Of a DNA stretch of 64,000 nucleotides, positions 10,442-18,798 are shown one piece after another. Origin of the DNA: Bacteroidia bacterium (lineage in GTDB: Bacteria; Bacteroidota; Bacteroidia; UKL13-3); the NCBI GenBank assembly GCA_023151275.1, contig JAKLJI010000003.1, forward strand, positions 82,357 to 146,356, given 5' to 3'. Positions within the stretch are counted from its first letter, which is position 1. Each line of letters starts with the position of its first letter. The notes beneath the pieces were generated by a model. That model was given only the letters and a program-made list of their open reading frames with translations, was not told where the DNA came from and searched no databases. The position numbers and the translations under genes are program-made.

Positions 10442-12158
10442 GTTATTCTTTTTCGTGGCACTATTTGCTCAACTCCATTTAGTTGCGCAGGTTTCTCGTA
10501 TGCAAACCAGGTTGCCCGGAACCTCAAATTCTTCTACACTTGGCTTGAAAGAGCAACTCGAAAAGCATTATCTAACTGGTAAAAGCGGATGGAGTTTTGT
10601 ACCCGAAAAGCAAATTATTGATCCTTTGGGGAATACACATATTCGTTTTGTATTGAATTACCTGGGCAAACCAATAATCGACCATGAACTAAAAGCGAGT
10701 TTAAATCCGAAGGGAGAGTGGATACGTTTACAGGTGAATGGAATTTCAAACCTGCCTTCAAGCATTTCGGATGATAGCAAACCAGAAAATTTTGATTCCT
10801 GGAAACGTGTTGATGAAACTTTTATCCCCATCAAAACAAGCAAAGAAAAAAACGAAAAAGGGATTTTAGTTCAAAAGCTCTACTCCCTAAATGGAGAACT
10901 TGTTGAAGAAAGGGTTCTTGACCTCATGAATCGAAAAGACAGCTTGAATAGCACCCGTGTATTCAATCCCGACCCCTTAACTACAGCGCAAAAAACCTAC
11001 GGAGCTGATGGAGGGATTTGGGTGAACAGCAACGGTAACGATTATCCGGAAATTAATGCTGAACGAAAATTGGTTCAGGTTCCTCTTGCTTTTAGGAACG
11101 ATACCTTTTTTGCTGAGCACCAACATGCCATCATTTTGGATCTTGAAACGCCGGTAAATACTCCTTTTACGTCCATCACCCCAAACCCTGAATTCACACG
11201 CTCTCAGAGTGGGTTTCGGGAAATGATGTGCTTGTTCCATATTTATAAATTGCAGGAATACCTGAAGAGCATTGGTCTGGATAGCTTGGCAAATTTCCAG
11301 ATAAAGGTTGACCCTACTGCATTTCAAGGCCAAGACCAAAGCAGGTTTTCATTCGATAATGATGACCCTTCCTTGTATTTTGGGACCGGTGGAGTGCCGG
11401 ATGCAGAAGATGCTGATGTTATTATTCACGAGTACAGCCATGGCATAAATTACAGCATCGCACCCAATTCCACCAACGGATTACAGCGACTTGCTGTTGA
11501 AGAAGCCAATTGCGATTTTATGGCCACGCAATACTCCAAAGCCATTTCCGACTTTAAGTGGAGAGATGTGTTTAACTGGGATGGACACAATGTGTATTGG
11601 GATGGAAGAAACACAAATACATCAAAAAAATACCCGGATGATTTGAGTTCCGATTTTTACAGCAGTGCCGAAATTTGGAGCAGCATGTTAAATGACCTTA
11701 GTTTGGACTTAGGCCGAGAAATAACTACAAAAATCTTACTGGGTTCAATCTATTTTTACACCAATGGGATGAATATGCAAGAAGCCGCAGACCTATTAGT
11801 AATTACAGATAGCCTGTACTATGGAAGAGCCCATTATGAGCCTTTGAAAGCCCGCCTAGCGGAAAGAGGTTTTGATGTTGCATTGGGCTTACATCAGGTT
11901 TCCAACTCTCTTTCCGGAATTCGATTAATAAATAGCTATGGCTTTGCGCAAGCAGAAGCTCCTTTGATTATCGAGAGCAGCAATCCCCAAAATCTTGAAC
12001 TTTCAATACAAGGAATAGAAGGGGAGCTGATTCATCAATTCAAGTTTAATCAGAGCACCCAAGTGTCATCCGACTTGCTTCCTGCGGGAGTTTGGCTACT
12101 TAAGTTGAAGGATGAAAACAATCAAACTGCAAGCTTCAAGGTGATTAAGTTCCGGTAA
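10431..12158 (+). CDS. Secreted zinc metalloprotease (HExxH...ExxxD gluzincin-type) with T9SS C-terminal sorting domain
   Basis: Signal peptide KNKLFFFVALFAQLHLVAQ; HEYSHGI zinc motif with EANCD (ExxxD) about 20 aa downstream; C-terminal PAGVWLLKLKDENNQTASFKVIKF matches the Por CTD. Confidence 0.6.
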   Translation: MKNKLFFFVALFAQLHLVAQVSRMQTRLPGTSNSSTLGLKEQLEKHYLTGKSGWSFVPEKQIIDPLGNTHIRFVLNYLGKPIIDHELKASLNPKGEWIRLQVNGISNLPSSISDDSKPENFDSWKRVDETFIPIKTSKEKNEKGILVQKLYSLNGELVEERVLDLMNRKDSLNSTRVFNPDPLTTAQKTYGADGGIWVNSNGNDYPEINAERKLVQVPLAFRNDTFFAEHQHAIILDLETPVNTPFTSITPNPEFTRSQSGFREMMCLFHIYKLQEYLKSIGLDSLANFQIKVDPTAFQGQDQSRFSFDNDDPSLYFGTGGVPDAEDADVIIHEYSHGINYSIAPNSTNGLQRLAVEEANCDFMATQYSKAISDFKWRDVFNWDGHNVYWDGRNTNTSKKYPDDLSSDFYSSAEIWSSMLNDLSLDLGREITTKILLGSIYFYTNGMNMQEAADLLVITDSLYYGRAHYEPLKARLAERGFDVALGLHQVSNSLSGIRLINSYGFAQAEAPLIIESSNPQNLELSIQGIEGELIHQFKFNQSTQVSSDLLPAGVWLLKLKDENNQTASFKVIKFR

Positions 12159-12206
12159 GAAATTAGATTGGCTCAAGGGAAGAAAATAATCCTTCGATCA
12201 AATGAT

Positions 12207-12240
12207 AAAGGCCACAAGTAGCAATACGAGTGGCCTTTAT
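12207..12240. terminator. Bidirectional rho-independent terminator between convergent genes
   Basis: AAAGGCCAC-loop-GTGGCCTTT 9-bp stem flanked by A/T runs, between the + gene ending at 12158 and the - gene ending at 12290. Confidence 0.5.
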
Positions 12241-12289
12241 TGATATTGAGCAGACTAAAGAAAATCTTTTGGGGAACGCCTGGTATATT

Positions 12290-13408
12290 TTATAACCGAG
12301 GAAGTAGGTTACCACGCAAATCTACATACAAGGGAATTCCTTGCATGATGATTTCGGCAACACCATCCTCAAAAACACCAACAAATTCAAACTGGAAAGG
12401 AACAACCACTTTTCCTGCATGATCAATTGCCCCGTATTTACCCTTAAGTTTCACCGGACATAAACCTTCATTAAAAAAGGCCACCTCTTCAAAATAGGGC
12501 TGATAAATATAATTGCCTTTGTTATCAACAAAAGCCCATTTCCCCAATTCCTGAACCCCGGCGCGGCCCTCAGCATAAGGCCTTACATCATCGTATTTTG
12601 CTGGGATAACCAATTGATTATCGAGGTTGATGAATCCAAATTTACCCTCAATAGAAACCGCTGCGAGTCCATTGCTAAATGCCTTGGCATATTCGTACTG
12701 AGGCTTGATGAGTTCAAAACCTGTGGTATCAATGTATCCAAACTTGCCGGTAAGCTCTACCACTGCAATTCCATCCATGAAATCGCTCATGTTGCTGTAT
12801 TTGGGTTCAACAATCAGTTTACCTGATTTATCGAGTAAACCAAACTTGGTTCCTTGCATGACACGGGTTACCGATTCAAAAAAATCATCCGCATCATCAA
12901 AAATAAAATCGGTTAAGTAAGAACCATCTTTACGAATAAACGTGAATTTATAGCCCAGGTTAGAAATGTCAAACCCAAACTTATTCTGCTTGATATCTAC
13001 CTTTTTTCCTACGCGAGCAAGTCCATTCCGGAAAACACCTGCATCATAAATATCAGCAGGTAAAGAAATTACCACTTTGCCCTTGTTGTTCAGGTAATAC
13101 CGCTTGAATTTGTAATCCATCACCGGAACCAAGCCATCGGAGTACATGCCAATAAACTGGTACGCCCCTGTATCAACCACTCTTTTTTCGTTGATATCAA
13201 TCAAGCAAGGCATGCGGTTAAGCGCAACCGAAGCATAGCCCTCATTAAAATCTCCGGCCAGGTCGTACTTAAAGTCAATAACCATTCGGCCTTCGCCATC
13301 CATGTATCCCCATTTGCCTTTCTTTTGAATGGGGAACAAACGGGACTCAGCTTGCGCAATAAAAGGAAGTACTAGTCCTAAACAGAAAATGAAAACAAAC
13401 TTTTTCAT
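12290..13408 (-). CDS. WG-repeat (KWG) containing secreted protein
   Basis: At least six tandem KWGY/KFGL/KFGY/KFGF/KWAF/KYGA-xD-x-G repeats of ~45 aa, with an N-terminal signal peptide. Confidence 0.75.
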   Translation of the reverse strand: MKKFVFIFCLGLVLPFIAQAESRLFPIQKKGKWGYMDGEGRMVIDFKYDLAGDFNEGYASVALNRMPCLIDINEKRVVDTGAYQFIGMYSDGLVPVMDYKFKRYYLNNKGKVVISLPADIYDAGVFRNGLARVGKKVDIKQNKFGFDISNLGYKFTFIRKDGSYLTDFIFDDADDFFESVTRVMQGTKFGLLDKSGKLIVEPKYSNMSDFMDGIAVVELTGKFGYIDTTGFELIKPQYEYAKAFSNGLAAVSIEGKFGFINLDNQLVIPAKYDDVRPYAEGRAGVQELGKWAFVDNKGNYIYQPYFEEVAFFNEGLCPVKLKGKYGAIDHAGKVVVPFQFEFVGVFEDGVAEIIMQGIPLYVDLRGNLLPRL

Positions 13409-13495
13409 GGGATGCGAAGTTAAGCGTTGGTAGTAGGCCTATTGCTTTTTTTTTACACCAAAAGCAGGCATCGTACAAATTTTGTTACTTCGCAG

Positions 13496-15598
13496 CTGAT
13501 GAACGAATACCTTCGAACACCCATAGAATACCTGAAAGGAGTAGGCCCAACGCGCGCCGAACTTCTTAAAAAGGATTTGGAGGTATTTACCTTTCACGAC
13601 CTTTTGTTTCATTTCCCCTATCGGCATATCGACCGAAGCCGGATTTATACAGTAAAGGAAATAGATGGCAGTCAGAGTTTTCTTCAGCTAAAGGGAACAA
13701 TTTCTAATTTACGGACCTTGACCAGCGGAAAAAGTCAGCGTTTGACGGCAGAATTTTTTGACGGGACAGGGGTATTGGAACTTGTATGGTTTCAGGGCTT
13801 GAAATGGGTTAGGGAAAGCCTTAAACCCAACAAAACCTATCTTATTTTTGGAAAACCAAGTGAGTTCAACGGTAGCTTTAACATGGTCCATCCCTCCTTA
13901 GAAGATCCAGAGGAGTTGCAAGCCAAGAAGTATGCGCATATTATGCCCTTATACAATTGCAGCGAAAAAATGAAGGCAAGAGGATTGGATAGCCGGCAGC
14001 TCATGAAGATGATGCATAGCTTGCTCAATGATCCCCGATTTGAGCTGGAAGAAAATCTGCCCGAAGATATTCGTTCCCGGTACAAATTTCCATCACGAAA
14101 AGAGGCCTTTATTTCAATTCATTTTCCTGCCGACTTTGGGAGTTTGCAGCAAGCAACCCAACGTTTAAAATTTGAAGAACTTTTCTTCATTCAACTGAGG
14201 TTGTTGCGGTATAAAATGAAACGAACACAAGTGGTAAATGGAATCCGTTTGGAGAAAATTGGTGATGCATTTAATACCTTCTATTCAAGCTACCTGCCCT
14301 TTGAACTTACTCAAGCTCAAAAACGGGTTCTGAAGGAAATTCGGGGCGATGTTAAACGCGGCATTCAAATGAATCGTCTGGTGCAAGGTGATGTTGGTAG
14401 TGGCAAAACAGTAGTTGCTTTGATGAGTATGCTTATGGCAATTGACAACTCGTATCAGGCTTGTATGATGGCACCAACTGAGATTCTTGCCCAACAGCAT
14501 TTTAAAACCATTCGCGGACTATTAAAGGACATGCCCGTTGAAACAGCACTATTAACGGGCAATACCAGCGCAAAAGAACGCAAGAAAATACATGCCGAAT
14601 TGGAAAGTGGTCAACTACAAATTCTTGTGGGTACTCATGCCTTGATTGAGGACAAAGTAAAGTTTGCCAATTTGGGCTTGGCCATTGTTGATGAACAACA
14701 TCGTTTTGGGGTTGAACAACGTGCACGACTGTGGCAAAAAAACAAATATCCGCCTCATGTTCTGGTAATGACGGCAACTCCTATTCCTCGCACTTTGGCA
14801 ATGACCCTATACGGCGACCTTGACACCTCGGCCATTGACGAATTGCCTGCCGGAAGAAAACCCATTCAAACCGTTCATCGATTTGACTCAAGCCGCCTGC
14901 AAATGTTTGGTTTTATTAGGCAACAAATTGAGTTGGGCAGACAAGTTTACATTGTTTATCCGTTGATTGAAGAATCGGAAAAGCTAAGCTATAAAAGTTT
15001 GGTTGAAGGGTATGAAAGTATATGTCGCGAGTTTCCTGCACCCAAGTATGCGGTTAGCATGGTACATGGCAAACTGAAGCCGGCAGACAAGGAGTTTGAG
15101 ATGAAACGCTTTGTAAAAGGTGAAACTCAAATCATGGTTGCCACCACCGTTATTGAAGTTGGAGTGAACGTTCCTAATGCAAGTGTAATGGTAATTGAGA
15201 GTGCCGAAAAATTTGGATTATCTCAACTCCATCAATTGCGCGGAAGGGTTGGACGAGGTGCAGACCAATCCTATTGCATTTTAATGAGCGGAAATGAATT
15301 GAGTGCTGATGCACGATTGCGATTAAAAACCATGGTAGAAACCAATGATGGTTTTAAGATAGCAGAAGCAGATTTGAAATTACGTGGACCGGGAGAACTG
15401 GAAGGTAAAGCGCAAAGCGGAGCCCTCGACCTAAAAATTGCAAGCATTTCGGAAGATGCTGGATTGATAGAATTAGCGCGAAATGAGGCTGGAAAAATTT
15501 TAAACAATGACCCAAATCTTGAATTGGATGTGAATAAATCGCTACAACTTTACTTCAACCTATACCAACAAACCGCAAAATGGGGCAGAATATCCTGA
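13496..15598 (+). CDS. recG: ATP-dependent DNA helicase RecG
   Basis: N-terminal TPIEYLKGVGP wedge region, Walker A GDVGSGKT, DEQHRFGV (DEQH), and helicase C motifs QLHQLRGRVGRG. Confidence 0.9.
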   Translation: MMNEYLRTPIEYLKGVGPTRAELLKKDLEVFTFHDLLFHFPYRHIDRSRIYTVKEIDGSQSFLQLKGTISNLRTLTSGKSQRLTAEFFDGTGVLELVWFQGLKWVRESLKPNKTYLIFGKPSEFNGSFNMVHPSLEDPEELQAKKYAHIMPLYNCSEKMKARGLDSRQLMKMMHSLLNDPRFELEENLPEDIRSRYKFPSRKEAFISIHFPADFGSLQQATQRLKFEELFFIQLRLLRYKMKRTQVVNGIRLEKIGDAFNTFYSSYLPFELTQAQKRVLKEIRGDVKRGIQMNRLVQGDVGSGKTVVALMSMLMAIDNSYQACMMAPTEILAQQHFKTIRGLLKDMPVETALLTGNTSAKERKKIHAELESGQLQILVGTHALIEDKVKFANLGLAIVDEQHRFGVEQRARLWQKNKYPPHVLVMTATPIPRTLAMTLYGDLDTSAIDELPAGRKPIQTVHRFDSSRLQMFGFIRQQIELGRQVYIVYPLIEESEKLSYKSLVEGYESICREFPAPKYAVSMVHGKLKPADKEFEMKRFVKGETQIMVATTVIEVGVNVPNASVMVIESAEKFGLSQLHQLRGRVGRGADQSYCILMSGNELSADARLRLKTMVETNDGFKIAEADLKLRGPGELEGKAQSGALDLKIASISEDAGLIELARNEAGKILNNDPNLELDVNKSLQLYFNLYQQTAKWGRIS

Positions 15599-15664
15599 GT
15601 TAATAGCAATTGGCGGAAAAGCAGGCATTTTTAAGCTTCTTGTTAATTTACAAACCATTATGGT

Positions 15665-16201
15665 TTGTATTTTGCCAGCTGTATGCCAACAGCAAAATAC
15701 ATACTTATTCTTTGCATTCCTGACAGTATTGGTTCGGGTATTGAACGCTGTAGGCAGGAGCTAAAAAAGCTTAGTGAACGAGCCAATCAACTTCCTGCAC
15801 ATCTTGAAATTACCCCTGAATTTTCCTGGAATGAAAAGGAAGAGTACTTATTGGTTCACAAAATCAAATCTTGTGTCCAATCTTGTTTTTCGCACTCCAT
15901 TGAATTAGGCGATCCCTATTTAGACAAATCGAACCAGCTTATTGCAATTAGCTACAAGAACGACCCGCAGCTGGAGCAATACAGAAGTTTATTCAAGGAA
16001 TTGTTTACTCAGGAAAAAATGCCTGAGCCATACCCTGGCTTTATTGTTGGCAAACAAATTCGCGAACAGCATTTTATTAAGGCCATGAACAGGGCAAAAG
16101 AAATGGACTGTAGCCTAAGTTTTTGGGGCGATAAATTAAGCTTATACAAAGAAGAAAATGGAACAGAATGGTCTTGCCGTTATGTGTTTGATTTAGATTA
16201 A
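15665..16201 (+). CDS. Hypothetical protein (no recognisable family)
   Basis: Intact 178-aa ORF in an otherwise tightly packed region, ending in a terminator hairpin; no motif recognised. The real start is possibly MPTAKY at 15686. Confidence 0.35.
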   Translation: MYFASCMPTAKYILILCIPDSIGSGIERCRQELKKLSERANQLPAHLEITPEFSWNEKEEYLLVHKIKSCVQSCFSHSIELGDPYLDKSNQLIAISYKNDPQLEQYRSLFKELFTQEKMPEPYPGFIVGKQIREQHFIKAMNRAKEMDCSLSFWGDKLSLYKEENGTEWSCRYVFDLD

Positions 16202-16231
16202 AAAAGCCGGCCCTTTTCAGAACCGGCTTAC
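16201..16231. terminator. Rho-independent terminator, mainly serving minus-strand acs
   Basis: AAGCCGG-loop-CCGGCTT stem. On the minus strand it reads GCCGG...CCGGC followed by TTTTT, directly after the acs stop. Confidence 0.5.
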
Positions 16232-16250
16232 ATTTATTATTACGCCTAAA

Positions 16251-18176
16251 CTATCTAATTTCTTCTGCACCTTGTTTGATTGCATCCACAACTGTTGGGT
16301 CGATCAGTGTTGAAGTGTCGCCCAGATTTGATGTATCACCTTCTGCAATTTTTCGTAGAATACGTCGCATGATTTTTCCTGAACGGGTTTTGGGCAAAGC
16401 CTTAACAACCTGAATGCGGTCGGGTCTGGCAAATGGACCAATAATTCCGGTTACATGGCTCTTCACCTCTGCACATAATTCTTCATAAGAGTGGTGCTCT
16501 CTATCGCAAATAACAAAAGCCCAAATGCCCTGACCTTTGATATCATGCGGATAACCAACCACTGCGCTTTCAATTACATAACCGTGTTCGTTAATAGCAT
16601 CCTCCACCTCACCTGTTCCAATGCGGTGTCCTGAAACATTAATCACATCATCTACCCTACCGGTTATACGGATATAGCCATCTTCATCACGCTTGCAACC
16701 ATCACCTGTGAAATACTTACCCGGGTAGGTACTGAAGTAATTCAGTTTAAATCGTTCGTGGTCACCATACACTGTGCGGGCCATTCCCGGCCAAGGGAAC
16801 TTGATGCACAAATTACCCTCAACACCATTTCCTTCGATTTCAGTACCTTTTTCATCAACAATTGCCAATTGAACTCCCGGCAATGGAAGTGTAGCAAATG
16901 CCGGCTTCAATTTGGTGATACCTGCAAGGGGTGAAATCATAATTCCTCCGGTTTCTGTTTGCCACCAAGTATCAACTATTGGACATTCTCCCCTACCAGC
17001 GTTTTCGTGGTACCAATGCCAGGCCTCTTCGTTGATTGGTTCTCCAACAGAACCTAATACCTTCAGCGAAGAAAGGTCTTTGCCTTCGAAAGGCTCTGTA
17101 CCAAAAACCTCCAACGAACGAATGGCAGTTGGTGCTGTATAGAAGATGGCAACCTTATGCTTTTCGATTAAACTCCAAAAACGTCCCGGATCGGGATAAC
17201 TTGGTATACCCTCAAACATAAGCGTGGTGGCACCATTCAACAATGGACCATACACGATATAACTATGCCCGGTAACCCAACCAATATCAGCGGTACAACA
17301 AAAAACCTCTTTATCCTGGTATTGGAATACATTCTTAAAAGTATAGGCTGAATAAACCATATAACCCGCGGTGGTATGCAATACGCCTTTTGGCTTTCCG
17401 GTTGAACCCGAGGTGTATAAAATAAACAGAGGGTCTTCGCTTTCCATGGATGCAGGTTGATGAACAGCAGAAGCGCCTTCCATCAAGGTATTCCAATCAA
17501 AATCGCGACCAGGCTGCATATTCATGGCAAAGCCTTTGTGGTTGTAAACAATACAACTGCGAATGCCCGGAGATTTCTCCATGGCTTCATCCGCAATTTG
17601 TTTCAAATCTATTTTCTTTTCGCCGCGAATCATACCATCTGCAGTAATCAGCAAACTGCAATCGGCGTCATTGATTCTATCTGCTAAGGATTGTGAAGAA
17701 AAGCCCGCAAATACCACTGAGTGAATGGCTCCAATACGAGCACAGGCAAGCATGGCAACCGCAGCCTCCGGAATCATGGGCATATAAATACAAACCCTAT
17801 CACCTTTCTTTACTCCCTGTTGTTCCAATACGTTTGAGAATTGGTTAACCAGTTTGGAAAGTTCGCGGTATGTTAAATTTCTATACTTATCCTGGGGATT
17901 ATTGGGTTCCCAGATAATGGCAATCTGATCACCACGGTCTTCCAGGTGACGGTCGATGCAATTTTCCGAAATATTCAAGCGAGCTCCACTGAACCAGCTT
18001 ACTTCAGGGGTATTAAAATCCCAGCTTAGCACCTTGTCCCACGGCTTGTGCCACTTAAAAGAATCTGCTATTCCGGCCCAAAAGGCTTCGGGATTAGAAA
18101 CGCTTTCCTGATAAGCAGCCTGGTACTCATCAAAACTCTTTAATTGAGGTAACATAGTGGTAAGGTCTAAGGTCAT
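16251..18176 (-). CDS. acs: Acetyl-CoA synthetase (AMP-forming)
   Basis: AMP-binding signature YTSGSTGKPKGV, ~640 aa, Acs-like N-terminal SFDEYQAAYQESVSNPEAFW and C-terminal KTRSGKIMRR. The track start at 18203 is a GTG; ATG at 18176 preferred. Confidence 0.9.
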   Translation of the reverse strand: MTLDLTTMLPQLKSFDEYQAAYQESVSNPEAFWAGIADSFKWHKPWDKVLSWDFNTPEVSWFSGARLNISENCIDRHLEDRGDQIAIIWEPNNPQDKYRNLTYRELSKLVNQFSNVLEQQGVKKGDRVCIYMPMIPEAAVAMLACARIGAIHSVVFAGFSSQSLADRINDADCSLLITADGMIRGEKKIDLKQIADEAMEKSPGIRSCIVYNHKGFAMNMQPGRDFDWNTLMEGASAVHQPASMESEDPLFILYTSGSTGKPKGVLHTTAGYMVYSAYTFKNVFQYQDKEVFCCTADIGWVTGHSYIVYGPLLNGATTLMFEGIPSYPDPGRFWSLIEKHKVAIFYTAPTAIRSLEVFGTEPFEGKDLSSLKVLGSVGEPINEEAWHWYHENAGRGECPIVDTWWQTETGGIMISPLAGITKLKPAFATLPLPGVQLAIVDEKGTEIEGNGVEGNLCIKFPWPGMARTVYGDHERFKLNYFSTYPGKYFTGDGCKRDEDGYIRITGRVDDVINVSGHRIGTGEVEDAINEHGYVIESAVVGYPHDIKGQGIWAFVICDREHHSYEELCAEVKSHVTGIIGPFARPDRIQVVKALPKTRSGKIMRRILRKIAEGDTSNLGDTSTLIDPTVVDAIKQGAEEIR

Positions 18177-18325
18177 TGTTGATTTGTCAATCAAAGTAAA
18201 CACCTTCCCTTTTGAAATCCATTTGTTTTTATGCTAAATAGCCATAGCTAAGTAAAAATTGAATTAAGCTCACAAATAATTAACTGAAGCATTACGCTTC
18301 AAGCACTCAAACGAAAAACAAAGCT

Positions 18326-18345
18326 TTGACAATTGCAGTTGTCAA
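18326..18345. promoter_or_regulatory. Perfect 7-6-7 palindrome TTGACAA-TTGCAG-TTGTCAA, candidate operator upstream of acs
   Basis: Read directly from the sequence; lies in the 203-nt acs/response-regulator intergenic region, ~150 nt upstream of the acs ATG. Confidence 0.4.
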
Positions 18346-18406
18346 GCAATCAATGGCAATCAAACTGCGAAAATTAGACTTTTAAAAACGAGAAAATGTA
18401 AGCATA

Positions 18407-18781
18407 TCAGGCTTGCAACATATCGTTTACCTTTTGCATGAGGGCTCGGGTTGAATATGGCTTTGTCATGTAATAATCAGCCCCAAACTCCATCCCTTTC
18501 TGAATATCTGCATCTTTTGATTTGGCCGATAAGAATATCACCTTGCAAGCCTTGTGTTCAACTGAATTCTTGATAAAACTGCAAATTTGATACCCATCAA
18601 TATCCGGCATCATGATATCTAAAACGGCCAAAGCCGGATTGTGCTTTTTAACGATCTCCATGGCCTCCGAACCATTTCTGGCAATAAAAACTTCGTATCC
18701 ACTTTTTCTCATCAAAAATTCCAAAGAGAGAAGGATATTAGGTTCATCATCAGCCACGAGTATCTTTTTTGCTCCATTCAT
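18407..18781 (-). CDS. Single-domain response regulator (CheY-like receiver only)
   Basis: ILVADDEPN, phospho-acceptor LDIMMPDIDG and conserved Lys in KVIFLSAKS. The protein is 124 aa with no output domain. Confidence 0.8.
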   Translation of the reverse strand: MNGAKKILVADDEPNILLSLEFLMRKSGYEVFIARNGSEAMEIVKKHNPALAVLDIMMPDIDGYQICSFIKNSVEHKACKVIFLSAKSKDADIQKGMEFGADYYMTKPYSTRALMQKVNDMLQA

Positions 18782-18798
18782 GAATTGGTCCTTTCAGC

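Noticed and set aside
18354-18369. TGGCAATCAAACTGCG with GG-N10-GC spacing resembling a sigma-54 (-24/-12) promoter
   Set aside because: The orientation is on the + strand and would drive transcription into the 3' end of the antisense receiver gene rather than toward acs. The -12 element is CTGCG rather than TTGCW, and the receiver protein has no sigma-54 activator domain. Probably a chance match.
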